From Pyrinomonadaceae bacterium (GTDB taxonomy: Bacteria; Acidobacteriota; Blastocatellia; Pyrinomonadales; Pyrinomonadaceae), in contig JBGTKY010000018.1 in NCBI GenBank assembly GCA_041744395.1, forward strand, positions 22,389-86,388: DNA of 64,000 nucleotides, read 5' to 3'. This document shows positions 1-10,812 of the stretch, piece by piece. Position numbers and translations under genes: made by a program. Numbering within the stretch: position 1 is the stretch's first letter; every line of letters starts with the position of its first letter. Below the pieces are notes generated by a model, which saw only the letters and a list, made by a program, of their open reading frames with translations, made no database searches and had not been told where the DNA came from.

Positions 1-378
1 CCTGCCAACTACTTTCGCGGCAGCGTCAAGCCGTTGAGCATCGTCGATTCGGAAGATTGTGGGTATCAGATCATTGGCTACAATGACCTGTTCTTGACCG
101 GGCCAGATGCCGCCGAGGCAAAGGATCGGAGTGCTAATGCCAGCGGAGCGAAGTTCGACCGCTTCTTCGATCAATGCGACCCCAAGCCAATCGACACCAG
201 CTGCCGCGAGCCTTCGTGAGCATTCGACCGCTCCATGTCCGTATGCATTCGCCTTGACGACCGCGAGGACCTTAGTGTCGTCGCCAACAAACGCCTTGAT
301 CGACCGAAAATTGGCGGCAAGAGCCTCAAGATCGATATCGGCCCGCGTTGGTCGCGGTGGGAAAGCATTATCTGTCAT
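1..378 (-). CDS. alr: alanine racemase, N-terminal fragment (open at the left window edge)
   Basis: Absent from the ORF track because it runs off the edge. Reverse-strand translation from ATG at 378 gives MTDNAFPPRPTRADIDLEALAANFRSIKAFVGDDTKVLAVVKANAYGHGAVECSRRLAAAGVDWLGVALIEEAVELR..., which contains the PLP-lysine motif VVKANAYGHG. Confidence 0.8.
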   Translation of the reverse strand, partial: MTDNAFPPRPTRADIDLEALAANFRSIKAFVGDDTKVLAVVKANAYGHGAVECSRRLAAAGVDWLGVALIEEAVELRSAGISTPILCLGGIWPGQEQVIVANDLIPTIFRIDDAQRLDAAAKVVGR

Positions 379-477
379 CATGCTTTAGCTAAATCTTGTA
401 AATGCTCAATACAAATAAGTTGCAACGGTAGTCGAAGTGCTGCATTAAAAGTTGCATATCGACACCTAATGCAATTT

Positions 478-2019
478 CTAGAGTGGTATATTTCCATGTT
501 TCTTTGGCGGATTCGTATCGCGCTTGTTTTTTAGCAGCGAAAGAGCTTTGATCAGCTTTGGCCGTGTCTGAGCGGGCTCGATTACTTCATCAATAAAGCC
601 GCGCTCCGCCGCAATATACGGATTCGCAAACTTTGTTTGGAACTCCTCCGTCTTTGCCGCCCTAACAGCATCCTGGTCCGCCGCCTCTACAATGTCTTTC
701 TTGAATAGAACACCAACCGCGCCTTCGGCTCCCATTACTGCGATCTCGGCGGTCGGATAGGCAAAGTTGATATCGGTGCGAATATGCTTCGACGCCATTA
801 CACAATAAGCACCGCCATACGCTTTTCGCGTGATAACGGTTATCTTTGGGACCGTCGCTTCTGCGAACGCATACAGTAGCTTCGCTCCATTCCTAATGAT
901 GCCCAGATGCTCTTGATCAACACCCGGAAGAAATCCCGGAACGTCCTCAAACGTAATAAGCGGGATATTGAAGCAATCGCAGAATCGGACGAACCTAGCC
1001 GCCTTCACCGAAGCGTCAATATCGAGCACGCCGGCCAAGAATGCGGGTTGATTCGCAACAATGCCGACCGAATTGCCACCGAGATGGGCGAATCCGATCA
1101 CGATATTCGGTGCATAGAGTTCCTGAACCTCAAAGAAATAGGCATCGTCGACAACTTTCAGAATTATGTCCCGGATGTCATATGGCTGATTAGACGACTC
1201 GGGAATCAACGTGTTTAGTTCTTCTGAAATCCTTAACGGCGAGTCATCGGATTCAAGAAAGGGCGGAGCGTCCATGTTATTTGATGGAACAAACGACAAT
1301 AACTCACGGGTCAGGCGGAGTGCATGCTCGTCCGAGTCGGCCGCGAAATGAGCGACTCCCGACTTTGAGTTATGCGTCATCGCCCCGCCTAGCTCGTCTT
1401 TCGTAACTTCTTCATGTGTGACGGTCTTTATCACGTCCGGCCCGGTGATGAACATATACGACGTGTCCTTCACCATCACGTTAAAATCTGTAATAGCAGG
1501 CGAATATACGGCACCGCCGGCACACGGTCCCATTATGCAGCTGATTTGCGGCACGACACCGCTGGCCAGCGTGTTCCGCAGGAAAATGTCAGCATAGCCG
1601 CCGAGCGAGACAACACCTTCCTGTATTCGAGCTCCACCCGAATCGTTTAATCCGACGACCGGTGCCCCGACCTTCATTGCCAGGTCCATCGCCTTGCAGA
1701 TCTTTTGGGCATGAGTCTCAGACAGCGACCCGCCGAAGACCGTGAAATCCTGTGCGAATACGAAGACAGGTCGTCCGTCCACAAGTCCATGCCCGGTGAT
1801 CACGCCGTCACCCGGAAATTGCTGCTTGTCCAGCCCAAAGTCTTGCGAGCGATGGATGACAAACTTATCAAATTCTTCAAAAGTACCATTGTCAAGAAAG
1901 AAATCGATCCGTTCCCGGGCGGTCATCTTACCTGCCTTGCGCTGCTTTTCCGTGCGCTCGGGTCCGCCGCCGAGTTCGGCCGTTCGCGATCGCTCTTTGA
2001 GTATTTCGAGTTTGGTCAT
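478..2019 (-). CDS. acyl-CoA carboxylase carboxyltransferase subunit (propionyl-CoA carboxylase beta / methylmalonyl-CoA carboxyltransferase family)
   Basis: 513-aa ORF. Family-typical blocks: [56 protein letters not shown]. Confidence 0.85.
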   Translation of the reverse strand: MTKLEILKERSRTAELGGGPERTEKQRKAGKMTARERIDFFLDNGTFEEFDKFVIHRSQDFGLDKQQFPGDGVITGHGLVDGRPVFVFAQDFTVFGGSLSETHAQKICKAMDLAMKVGAPVVGLNDSGGARIQEGVVSLGGYADIFLRNTLASGVVPQISCIMGPCAGGAVYSPAITDFNVMVKDTSYMFITGPDVIKTVTHEEVTKDELGGAMTHNSKSGVAHFAADSDEHALRLTRELLSFVPSNNMDAPPFLESDDSPLRISEELNTLIPESSNQPYDIRDIILKVVDDAYFFEVQELYAPNIVIGFAHLGGNSVGIVANQPAFLAGVLDIDASVKAARFVRFCDCFNIPLITFEDVPGFLPGVDQEHLGIIRNGAKLLYAFAEATVPKITVITRKAYGGAYCVMASKHIRTDINFAYPTAEIAVMGAEGAVGVLFKKDIVEAADQDAVRAAKTEEFQTKFANPYIAAERGFIDEVIEPAQTRPKLIKALSLLKNKRDTNPPKKHGNIPL

Positions 2020-2152
2020 TAGTTTGATAGGTAAATATTGTTGAAGTTAATTTTAACGGGTTCGCGATAACTTGCAAATGAGGCTTCTTCCATCGAAGTG
2101 TTTCGTTTCCTGTCAGGCTGGATTAGAATCAGGTCTGAGAGTTCAGAATCCG

Positions 2153-2971
2153 ATGTTCGAAACGATAACCAGCAAAGATAACCAGCGTCTTAAGGCGATC
2201 AGGGAAGTTCGGGACGGAAAGATCTCCGAACTGATCTTTGTCGAAGGCCGCCGACTTGTTTCCGAAGCCACCAATTCAGGAATAGAGATAGAAACGGCCG
2301 TTATTTCATCCGATTTTGCTTCTGATAGAGGCGTAGCGGCTGAGTTCAGCGAGCTCTTCAGCGATAGATCAAGGGTTATCGAGATCTCGGATAAGCTTTT
2401 CCGGAGTATCTCGGATACCCGAGCACCTCAAGGAATAGCGGTTACCGCACGCCGTCCTAATCTCGGCCGAGCAGCTATCGAAGGCCGGATACTTTCCGGT
2501 ACCGGATCGATTGTGCCGGCCGTCGTTTATCTTTACGAAGTAAGTAATCCGGCGAATCTTGGTGCGGTCGTCCGCACGATCGAGGCTGCCGGCGCAATTG
2601 GGATGATCACGTCGGCCGGGTCCGCGGACGCCTTTTCCCCGAACGCCTTGCGGGGATCGATGGGGTCGTCGTTTCGGACCCCGGTCTGGGAAAAGGTAGA
2701 TTTAGATGTAATTCTTGCGTGGGCCAAAGAGATCGGTTTGGAAACGTTCGGCGCGGCAGGTGGATCTCAGCGATCGTATTTGGATCTGCAGTGGAGCGAG
2801 CCTTCGTTGATCATATTCGGTTCGGAAGGGCACGGACTTCCGGCCAGCGTCAGCGGGGAACTTGATGAATTCTTTCAAATACCGATGCAGACGACGGTCG
2901 AAAGCCTGAACCTCGCGGTCTCGTGTGGAATCACGCTTTACGAAGCCCGCCGACAGTGCCTGACTCCTTAG
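2153..2971 (+). CDS. TrmH/SpoU-family RNA 2'-O-methyltransferase
   Basis: ORF track gives 2072..2971. I prefer the in-frame ATG at 2153 (MFETITSKDNQRLKAIREV...). SpoU knot motifs present: NPANLGAVVRT, IFGSEGHGL, ESLNLAVS. Confidence 0.8.
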   Translation: MFETITSKDNQRLKAIREVRDGKISELIFVEGRRLVSEATNSGIEIETAVISSDFASDRGVAAEFSELFSDRSRVIEISDKLFRSISDTRAPQGIAVTARRPNLGRAAIEGRILSGTGSIVPAVVYLYEVSNPANLGAVVRTIEAAGAIGMITSAGSADAFSPNALRGSMGSSFRTPVWEKVDLDVILAWAKEIGLETFGAAGGSQRSYLDLQWSEPSLIIFGSEGHGLPASVSGELDEFFQIPMQTTVESLNLAVSCGITLYEARRQCLTP

Positions 2972-4581
2972 GGCTGCGGCGATGCATTGAGGTTGCCTAT
3001 CGACGTATTTGACTCGGGACGCGGTTGGACCAGCTGTCGTGTGGCGAGATTTCGCTCCAGTTCTGCCCGTGCCCCTTCATTGGCCAATATAGCCCTCGCG
3101 ATCGCGATATCTGCTGCGAGCGTCTTCGTTTCTTTGGCGTTGGCCACGTTGAGATTACGGGACGCCAATTCAAACTGGTTGCCAGCCTCGGCGTATTTGC
3201 CGCTCAACATCAAGGCCCGGCCAAGTAAATAAAAGTCGGCAGCGTCTTGCGGAGTTGCTGCGTTGGAATTTGCGTAGGCTACCGGATCGGCATCAACGAG
3301 CCGGCGTCCGTCCTCAATGCTAGAAACCTGCGGATCACTGCTCTGTTCGATCAAGGTCGGGACCGGCTGGTTTTCGACGATCGGATTATTCTGATGCCAA
3401 ATGTAGTATCCGACGATACCTAATATTCCGCCGAGGACGAGCCACACCAAAGCTGTAAGTATAGTGGAGACAGCACTTCCCGACGTTCCGTGTGATCCAT
3501 CAGGTGATGAATCGCTCCCGAACATGGCGAAGTCGCGGTCCGACGCTGCTTCCTTGGCAGGTACAATGACACTAGACGATTTGTATTCAACCTGCTCGAT
3601 AGGATCATAATCCAGCCCTTCTACATTGATCTCGTGAACCGGAAGATCGTTCTCTGCGGCACCTGATCCAACCGTCCCGACAACTTCGGCACCTTCACCT
3701 TCCGTCAACGAAAGATCCGCAGATGTGTCTGCGGCAGCAGGACTTTCAAATGGTGAGCGGCTCGATGCAATCGTCTCCTCTTCGGAGCGAATTGAAGATG
3801 CATTATTGAACCAAGGTACGGCATTCTGCGCTCCGTTCTCAGGTTCGATCCGTACTACAACGGCGGTCAGGTTGTCCTCGGCACCGCGTTCAAAGCATAT
3901 ATCCTTCATCTGCTGGCAAAGCATTTCTAAGTTCATGCCTGTCGTCAACAGATGTTCGATCTCGTCGTCGGGAATATGCCGGGTAATACCATCCGAGCAG
4001 ATCAGGAACATGGTTCCCGGATCGACCATTATCGTTCTGACGTCTACTTCAACGGTAGATTCGGCTCCGACGGCACGGCTGATGACATTTCGGCTTGGAT
4101 GAGTCAAGGCCTGCTCCGGCGTCATCCTCCCGGCCCTAACCTCTTCTTCGACAACAGAATGATCGTCCGTTTCTCGAAAAAGGGTCCCTTCCGGATCAAC
4201 CCGGTAAACGCGAGAATCGCCCACATGTGCGATCGTAGCAATATTGCCCGAAAGATGGATCGCCGCGACGGTTGTCGCCATCGACGCAAGCTGCGGCAGG
4301 TCGCTAGCCATCTGGAAGATCGCTTCGTTCGCACGCTCGATCGCGACCTTCATTATTTCTTCCGGATCGACCGAATCGACATAATGTACAAAAGCCTCAG
4401 CGAGTATTTCCATCGCCATTTGCGACGCCACGTCGCCGGCCTGGGCTCCGCCTACGCCGTCGGCGACGGCAAAGACCCCGATCTTTTCGAGGGAGAGAAA
4501 CGAGTCCTCGTTTTGCGGCCGCTTTTCGCTTAAGCCACGGTCTGTGACCGATGCGGAAGAGAATTGAAAGTTATTTTCCAT
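2968..4581 (-). CDS. PP2C-family Ser/Thr phosphatase with TM helix and TPR-like C-terminus
   Basis: PPM motifs RPQNEDSF, FAVADGVGG, CSDGITRH. One hydrophobic helix (ILTALVWLVLGGILGIVGYYIW). C-terminal helical-repeat-like region. Last gene of the FHA-PBP-SEDS operon. Confidence 0.85.
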   Translation of the reverse strand: MENNFQFSSASVTDRGLSEKRPQNEDSFLSLEKIGVFAVADGVGGAQAGDVASQMAMEILAEAFVHYVDSVDPEEIMKVAIERANEAIFQMASDLPQLASMATTVAAIHLSGNIATIAHVGDSRVYRVDPEGTLFRETDDHSVVEEEVRAGRMTPEQALTHPSRNVISRAVGAESTVEVDVRTIMVDPGTMFLICSDGITRHIPDDEIEHLLTTGMNLEMLCQQMKDICFERGAEDNLTAVVVRIEPENGAQNAVPWFNNASSIRSEEETIASSRSPFESPAAADTSADLSLTEGEGAEVVGTVGSGAAENDLPVHEINVEGLDYDPIEQVEYKSSSVIVPAKEAASDRDFAMFGSDSSPDGSHGTSGSAVSTILTALVWLVLGGILGIVGYYIWHQNNPIVENQPVPTLIEQSSDPQVSSIEDGRRLVDADPVAYANSNAATPQDAADFYLLGRALMLSGKYAEAGNQFELASRNLNVANAKETKTLAADIAIARAILANEGARAELERNLATRQLVQPRPESNTSIGNLNASPQP

Positions 4582-4671
4582 CTCACTAAGACTCCCAAGA
4601 GCGGATCAAACAGCGTCCGTACGGCGTATCTCATCTAAAGACCTTATGATCAATAGAATAACACGGCTTAC

Positions 4672-6345
4672 CTAAGGCAAAGAGTTAATGTTTTTCGGCT
4701 CACGATCCAGGGCATTTCGGTGCGAAAAAGCCATCAACATTCCGAGCATCACAAAGCTTGTGATAAGAGAAAATCCACCGTGGCTTACAAACGGCAGCGT
4801 GATGCCTGTCATCGGTAGTGCCCGTGTGATGCCGCCGATATTTACCAAGGCCTGGAATCCGATGAATGCCGCGAGGCCGATGCAGCATAGCTTGCTGAAC
4901 ATATCTCTTGCATCCAAAGCGGTTCGGACGCCCGAACTGACCAAAACAATTAGGGCAAAGGTTACCAACAATCCGCCGAAAAGTCCAAGTTCTTCTGCGA
5001 GCGCCGCAAAGATGTAATCCGAATCAGCAACTGGAATCAACTCCGGGTATCCGAGACCCAGTCCACGTCCCGTCGTTCCGCCGGACGCAAGGCCAAACGT
5101 AGCCTGTGCAGGCTGAAACGCGAGCACGTCAAACCAAGCGTCGACATTGATCGTTCGCTGCAGGTCGGGATTCTCTTCCAGAAGCTGCGGCAGATTCGGG
5201 TCGCGTTCGACCAGCCGCTTGTAATAACTGTCATAATCCGATTTCCACCATGAAGTTTCTGGCGAAGGTGGTGAAAATCCGTCCAGCCATAGATGAAAAC
5301 GTTGTTGAATCCGATCAGGCAGAACTTGTTTGACCGGTTTTGCGACCGTCGGCAAAAGCGGGATACGTTCCTGGGTCGCGCGAGGCAGAGCGCCGACGAC
5401 AAGGATCCCGACGACAAGCAAAACGCTGCCGACCAAAACGAACCTCTGCGAAAACCGTCTTACCGCTATCAAAAAAAGCGTCGCATAAACTCCGCTGAAC
5501 ACCATCATCTGGCCGAAATCCTTCAACACAAAGAATGGAACGAAGGGAAGGACTGCCATAAAGACTAGCGGAACGACATCTTTTGCCCGAGGCAGACCCC
5601 AGTAGGTCTTCGCCAGGTTCTTATAAAGCGCGGCCAAAATCGCTGCGAATCCGACCAGAAATGGAATCTTCGACGGTTCCCAAGGTGTCATGTTTCCGAT
5701 CGATTTACCGGCGCTGGATGTAATCGCGGCAACGAATAACGGCCCCAGCGTCAGAAGTACGATAAGAAACCCATTATTCTGGAGAAATTCGAGAACCTTC
5801 TCCTTTCTCATTAAGAAAAACGCGATGATGAGGCCGAATATTCCGAGCAAAGGATTGATCGTTTTGCCGGAGAGCAGTACGCCTCCCAACGTTTCTTCAG
5901 AAGGCCGCGGCGTCTGTGTCGAAAGGTCAACAGGCGATGGTTCGGTCGGCGGCAGGCCCATCATCTGTTTTTTTTCCGCCGAGTAATTTTCCTGAATGTA
6001 GTTGAGCTGCAGCGATTTGATCTTCTCTTGCCGCGCGACCGCTTTGTCACGCCGCGATATGTATTCAGGATCGCTGAACAGACGGTATTGAACGGTCAAC
6101 CCGATCGAGAAAAGGAGTATCGCCGATGTATAGATCGTCCAATTACCGGAGAACTTGAAGGCATGCTTCAGTATGATCGGCAGAACTGCAAAAAGAACGA
6201 GCAGGCCGACATTTCTGACCGCGGTCGTCGGCGACGCTTCGTAACCGCGGATCAGCCCGCCATAGTACACCGCGTAATGCGAGATCGCCGCCGTCAGGGC
6301 GATGAGTACCAGGATGAAAACATGTGATGAGGTGCGATTCTTCAA
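4672..6345 (-). CDS. FtsW/RodA/SpoVE (SEDS) family peptidoglycan polymerase, long form
   Basis: 557-aa polytopic membrane protein. SEDS-like C-terminal blocks (GGTTGRGLGLGYP..IPVADSDYIFAALAEELG, LPFVSHGGFSL). 4-nt overlap with the upstream PBP gene. Confidence 0.85.
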   Translation of the reverse strand: MKNRTSSHVFILVLIALTAAISHYAVYYGGLIRGYEASPTTAVRNVGLLVLFAVLPIILKHAFKFSGNWTIYTSAILLFSIGLTVQYRLFSDPEYISRRDKAVARQEKIKSLQLNYIQENYSAEKKQMMGLPPTEPSPVDLSTQTPRPSEETLGGVLLSGKTINPLLGIFGLIIAFFLMRKEKVLEFLQNNGFLIVLLTLGPLFVAAITSSAGKSIGNMTPWEPSKIPFLVGFAAILAALYKNLAKTYWGLPRAKDVVPLVFMAVLPFVPFFVLKDFGQMMVFSGVYATLFLIAVRRFSQRFVLVGSVLLVVGILVVGALPRATQERIPLLPTVAKPVKQVLPDRIQQRFHLWLDGFSPPSPETSWWKSDYDSYYKRLVERDPNLPQLLEENPDLQRTINVDAWFDVLAFQPAQATFGLASGGTTGRGLGLGYPELIPVADSDYIFAALAEELGLFGGLLVTFALIVLVSSGVRTALDARDMFSKLCCIGLAAFIGFQALVNIGGITRALPMTGITLPFVSHGGFSLITSFVMLGMLMAFSHRNALDREPKNINSLP

Positions 6346-8252
6346 TTTTGCCTTTTTCTCGGCGCCGGTTTCGTCGGCTGAGCTTTCGGGCGATACTGAT
6401 CGCCCAAAAGGCCGAGTTCGCGCGCTTTTAAGATAACGTTAGCTGCAATTGGTGCGGCCGTTCGCGAACCGTATCCGCCGCCTTCTACGACGACGGCTAT
6501 CGCAAGCTGCGGACGTTCCAGGGGCGCAATACTTATAAACCAGCTGTCGGAACGCTTGTACATTACGGGAGCGTCGTAATCGACCCATTCACCCGCATCG
6601 TTACGACGTTTCTTTTTCACCGTTCGGAGTTTGCCCGTCTTTTCGTCATACAGGGCAGTCTCTTTCTCGGCCGTTCCTGTTTTGCCTCCGGTCCGGATCC
6701 CGGTCCCGGCCAGCTTGCCGGATATTACCGTGCCCGTTCCGCCGGGCTCTTCGGTGACGGTCGCCATGATCGAACGAACAGCCGCAGCCTGTGCCGGGGA
6801 TAGAACCTGGCCGAAAGCTTCGGGCTGGCGATCAAGCTCGATCCGCGGTTTCATCATCTTGCCTTCCAAGTTTCCTGCAACGGCTGTTATCAGGGCCATC
6901 TGAAGCGGCGTCATTTGTCCGGCGTATCCTTGGCCCATACCCTCGAGGCCAATGTCGAAAAGCGATATATCTGGCCCGGTGACTATCGTCGACCTCTGCG
7001 GAGCGATCGAATTAGCGATTGCCGGCGTGCTTGTGTTGAATATCGCGGGGAAGAAGCGTGGTATCAAAGCCTCGGCCGGCGTATCGACCGCGGTGATCCC
7101 CATCGATTGTGCTGTTTCGCGAATGCGTTCACGGCCCAGCGAAATGGCAAGCTGAGCAAAATACTGGTTGCTCGAAACCTTAAAGGCTTCCGTGATGTTC
7201 TTTAGCTGACATCCCCCGCTGCAGCCGCCGGATACCGTACCGCCCGGACCTCGGTCCTGCGTGGAATCAACTATCGGCAGCGAACTTCTTGTCGGCCGAA
7301 AACCTTCCGCATAGCTTGAGAAGACAGAGTTTTGTTTTCCGGCACGAAATGCGGAGATAACTGTAAATAATTTGAATGTCGAGCCCGGAATATAGAATTC
7401 GCGAGTCGATCGGTTCAGAAGCGGTTTGTCTTTTTTGTTGCCCTCAAGCTTCAGATAGCCTTCCAGATCTTGTGCTTCGGCCAGGCTGTAGGACGGGTTC
7501 GAAAACATCGCCAGCACGTCGCCGTTCTGCGGGTTTAGTACAACGATCGAGCCCTTCTTTCCGTCCAGTTGTTGCGCGATGTAAGCCTGCAGGTCGCGAT
7601 CGATCGTGACGAGCATATCCGTATTCTGTTGCTCGGGCCGCTTGATGGTCGTAAGAACTTCCCACGACTCCGGCATTGGATCGGAATCGCGAAGGAATAG
7701 AGTGCGTTCAAGTCCCGGCGTACCGCGTTCGGTACCGAGAAGGTGTGCCATTTCGCGTTCCAACGCATACGTTCGCTGAACCGATCCATCCGTCCCGACC
7801 TCGTAGTAAGCGAGCGAGCTTCCGAGTTTTCCGTTACGGTCGAGCATCCAGCCGCGAAGGTTCGCGGCCGACGTACGCCGATTCCTCAGATCCTTGTATG
7901 CGACTGACTGAAACTGCTCGTTTGCGTCGCTGGCAAAGTACGTCCAATAGACCTGAAACCCGAACACCGAGGCGGCCATAATTACGAAAACCACCTGCCA
8001 CACGCGAATGCTTCGGTTAGCAATGGTTTGGGTCAGTCTTTTGGTAACTTCACGCGGCAAGTCACGTTCGAAATTAAACTTCGGCCGCCGGAAGTTGTCG
8101 ACAAAAGTGAGCAGCAAAAATCCTATCAGAATACCGACGCAAACGATGTATAGGACCGAAAGCCCGGCAGGAGTGCGCTCAAGGATCTGCCCGCCAAGCA
8201 AATACTCGGGGCGAAGTTTGTTCCAGACTATCTGTAAAAGAAAAAAGAGCAT
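6342..8252 (-). CDS. penicillin-binding protein 2-like transpeptidase
   Basis: 636 aa with an N-terminal membrane anchor. Transpeptidase motifs STFK (SxxK), SSN (SxN), KTGT (KTG). Confidence 0.85.
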   Translation of the reverse strand: MLFFLLQIVWNKLRPEYLLGGQILERTPAGLSVLYIVCVGILIGFLLLTFVDNFRRPKFNFERDLPREVTKRLTQTIANRSIRVWQVVFVIMAASVFGFQVYWTYFASDANEQFQSVAYKDLRNRRTSAANLRGWMLDRNGKLGSSLAYYEVGTDGSVQRTYALEREMAHLLGTERGTPGLERTLFLRDSDPMPESWEVLTTIKRPEQQNTDMLVTIDRDLQAYIAQQLDGKKGSIVVLNPQNGDVLAMFSNPSYSLAEAQDLEGYLKLEGNKKDKPLLNRSTREFYIPGSTFKLFTVISAFRAGKQNSVFSSYAEGFRPTRSSLPIVDSTQDRGPGGTVSGGCSGGCQLKNITEAFKVSSNQYFAQLAISLGRERIRETAQSMGITAVDTPAEALIPRFFPAIFNTSTPAIANSIAPQRSTIVTGPDISLFDIGLEGMGQGYAGQMTPLQMALITAVAGNLEGKMMKPRIELDRQPEAFGQVLSPAQAAAVRSIMATVTEEPGGTGTVISGKLAGTGIRTGGKTGTAEKETALYDEKTGKLRTVKKKRRNDAGEWVDYDAPVMYKRSDSWFISIAPLERPQLAIAVVVEGGGYGSRTAAPIAANVILKARELGLLGDQYRPKAQPTKPAPRKRQN

Positions 8253-8258
8253 TCTAAC

Positions 8259-9284
8259 CTAGGTCTTAGTCGGCTTAGATGATTCCGCAGTATCAGTGAT
8301 CGGCTTAGCCTGCTCGCCTGGAACGGCGACCGTAATGGCCGGCTCGGTCTTTTGCGAAAGATCATTGATCACCTCAGTTTTACCGGCAAAGGTAAACTCG
8401 CCAACCTTGTATAGTCCATCCTCAGATTCGGTATCAGTTTCGGTTACTGGAGTTTCCGGAATTGATAGCAATTTAATGCTGACCTTGACCGTTCCAAGTT
8501 TGACCGCGCTACCTTCCACGATCTCGGTTGCCTTACCGTAGGAAATACGCTGTCCATCAACGAAAGTTCCGTTGGTCGAGCCCGTGTCGGCGACCATCAC
8601 CGCACCGGCGGGGTTTATCATGATCGACGCGTGATACTTCGAGACGCTAATGTCGTCGATCGAAAGATCATTCTCCTTCGTTCGCCCCACCGCGAGCCGC
8701 TGTCCGGCAACAATATTTAGCTTTCGCTCAAGCCTTTTGCCATTCACGCTGAACGAGAAAGCGATCTCACGCCCTGCAGCGACGGCGGACGGTTCAATGC
8801 TTTCAGGCAGGGAATCGACCTTGTTTCCCGGCACCGAAACATTGATCTGAGCGTCAGCCTCGTCGTCGGTGAACCTTTCGAATCCGACGAAAAGCTTTAC
8901 GCCGTCAGTAAAATAATCTGGCTTTACTTCGATCGAAAGCGGTGCCTGCGTGTAATAGTGCCGATCATTAATGTGGTCAATTGCGGCGATGAGGAATTCG
9001 GATTCGAGCTTTCTGAGTGAAACCTCAGAATCGGTGGAAAATTTGTCCCACTGCATCTTAAGCCTGATATTGTGCGGAACTATCACCCGGCCGTCCTGCA
9101 TGGACTTGGCCTCGCGGTCGAGCAACTGCTTCATACGCTCTATCAGACCGCTTGTCGCCAAACTACTTGACGGACGCCACCCGCGGCCCGTTAATCGGTC
9201 AAACGTCTCGCCAACCTTGGTCAAAATTCCCTGGATCAACCAATCCGGCGAAACGCCTTTTTTCGTAGTTGTGCGATCTGACAT
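8259..9284 (-). CDS. FhaA-like protein (DUF3662-like N-terminus + C-terminal FHA domain)
   Basis: FHA core LAVGRTKENDLSIDDISVSKYHASI...STNGTFVDGQRI. The N-terminal region resembles the FhaA N-domain (VIVPHNIRLKMQWDKF). First gene of the minus-strand operon. Confidence 0.8.
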   Translation of the reverse strand: MSDRTTTKKGVSPDWLIQGILTKVGETFDRLTGRGWRPSSSLATSGLIERMKQLLDREAKSMQDGRVIVPHNIRLKMQWDKFSTDSEVSLRKLESEFLIAAIDHINDRHYYTQAPLSIEVKPDYFTDGVKLFVGFERFTDDEADAQINVSVPGNKVDSLPESIEPSAVAAGREIAFSFSVNGKRLERKLNIVAGQRLAVGRTKENDLSIDDISVSKYHASIMINPAGAVMVADTGSTNGTFVDGQRISYGKATEIVEGSAVKLGTVKVSIKLLSIPETPVTETDTESEDGLYKVGEFTFAGKTEVINDLSQKTEPAITVAVPGEQAKPITDTAESSKPTKT

Positions 9285-9358
9285 TATGATTCGAAATCTA
9301 CTAACGTGCTGGAGTTAGTTTAGCCCACGTATCGTTGTAAATAAATCCAGCCAGCGTG

Positions 9359-9388
9359 TTGATTTTTCAGCGTTCAACAATGTATAAT
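9359..9388 (+). promoter_or_regulatory. sigma70-like promoter candidate for the pilin operon
   Basis: TTGATT (9359-9364), 18-nt spacer, perfect TATAAT (9383-9388), about 107 nt upstream of the ATG at 9495, in the divergent intergenic region. Confidence 0.35.
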
Positions 9389-9494
9389 CTTTTTGGAAGT
9401 TCTTTTCCATTCAATCTATCCTTAATTGGTGGCCTTTCTTTAAACCTAAGATTTGGGCCCAAAGCTAAAACGATAAAAATATGTTGGTGGTTCT

Positions 9495-10193
9495 ATGAAT
9501 GATTGCAGAAATAGGTCGCATTCTGGCGAGGCCGGATTCTCGATGATCGAATTGATGATGGTGGTTTTGGTCATCATTGTTCTAAGTTCGATTTCGATCT
9601 TTTACCTTACAGGCCATCGAGCACTCTACAAGCCGGACGATCAGTCGCTCCTAATAACCGACCTTTTACAGGAGGCTCGCCAAAGATCGCTGACTCAACG
9701 GGAAACCATGCGAGTTGAGGTAAATATCACCCGCGGTACCGCTCGTTTGATCGATGAGAACACCGCTGCGACGACCGACGACGACAGCGTCTTGCGTGAG
9801 ATCGCACTCTTTGATACGGCAGTCGTTAACGTTGGTCCCCGGCCGGCAAACATACTCGATAATCCGCCAGAACCGTTTCCAGTTCCGAATGGTACTTTTG
9901 TGCCGAGCGTTTATCCGACCAGCGTTGGCGACAGTGTTGGAACCTTCCGATTTATGGCTAACGGCACGGTTGTCAGCGCCGGCAACACTGGCACCGGCAA
10001 CGGAGCCGTCGTAACCGGCGCCACCATTCACATTTGGTCACCAAACGCCGCGAATCCGGCAAACTCAGATATAGCCAGGGCGATCACGATCATCGGTGCA
10101 ACCGGATCCATCAGGCTTTGGGAATACGACGTCAATCTTACGACCACTAACAAATGGAAAGACGCCCGTCGGACGGGAACCTATGGCGGATAG
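9495..10193 (+). CDS. type IV pilin-like protein, GspH/FimT-like minor pilin
   Basis: Prepilin cleavage/methylation motif G|FSMIELMMVV with Glu at +5. Followed by a GspH-type helix (LLQEARQRSLTQRETMRVEV). Confidence 0.7.
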   Translation: MNDCRNRSHSGEAGFSMIELMMVVLVIIVLSSISIFYLTGHRALYKPDDQSLLITDLLQEARQRSLTQRETMRVEVNITRGTARLIDENTAATTDDDSVLREIALFDTAVVNVGPRPANILDNPPEPFPVPNGTFVPSVYPTSVGDSVGTFRFMANGTVVSAGNTGTGNGAVVTGATIHIWSPNAANPANSDIARAITIIGATGSIRLWEYDVNLTTTNKWKDARRTGTYGG

Positions 10194-10236
10194 CAGGTCT
10201 GGCCTGAGATCTTCAGTGGACCTTGATAGGTAACAT

Positions 10237-10812
10237 ATGCGCAATAAGAGAAACAATCAACGCGGCTTTTCCTATATCGATGTGATGATCGCGATCGTGA
10301 TCATGATGGTCGGTATTCTCGCCATGCTCTCGGCATTGACGGCGAACCTTATGAGGTCGCTTGAGGCCGAGAAAAAGGTGATCGCTAAGCAGATGGCTCT
10401 TTCGACGATCGAGTCGGTTATCTCGGCAAAAGAGATTCAGCGAATAGGGGTCATTGACGGCTGGGACTCGGTTAGGAACACGAACGCGATTCCGGCCGGG
10501 GGCATATTCATGACGGGGGCCAATCCGATCCGCGAAGAAATGGGCTGGGACGGTGTTGCCGGTACGATCGACGACGCTTGTGCCGAAGGAGGTCCGTGCG
10601 TGGTCGGTGGACGCCCTGATAATAATAGCGCGGTGATCAACGGATATAGCCGCGAGATCGTGATCACCGATGTTGCTGATCCAGAACGCCCGGCTCCACA
10701 GTACCCTATTGCTCGTCGGCGGATCGATGTCCATATTAACTACTTTGTAAACCAAGCTGTCAGGCGTGAAACGGTTTCCACCATTCTTACAAAATATGAG
10801 GTGCTCGATTAA
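10237..10812 (+). CDS. PilV-like minor pilin
   Basis: N-terminus QRG|FSYIDVMIAIVIMMVGILAMLSAL. This is a prepilin-type motif, but with Asp rather than Glu at +5. Confidence 0.65.
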   Translation: MRNKRNNQRGFSYIDVMIAIVIMMVGILAMLSALTANLMRSLEAEKKVIAKQMALSTIESVISAKEIQRIGVIDGWDSVRNTNAIPAGGIFMTGANPIREEMGWDGVAGTIDDACAEGGPCVVGGRPDNNSAVINGYSREIVITDVADPERPAPQYPIARRRIDVHINYFVNQAVRRETVSTILTKYEVLD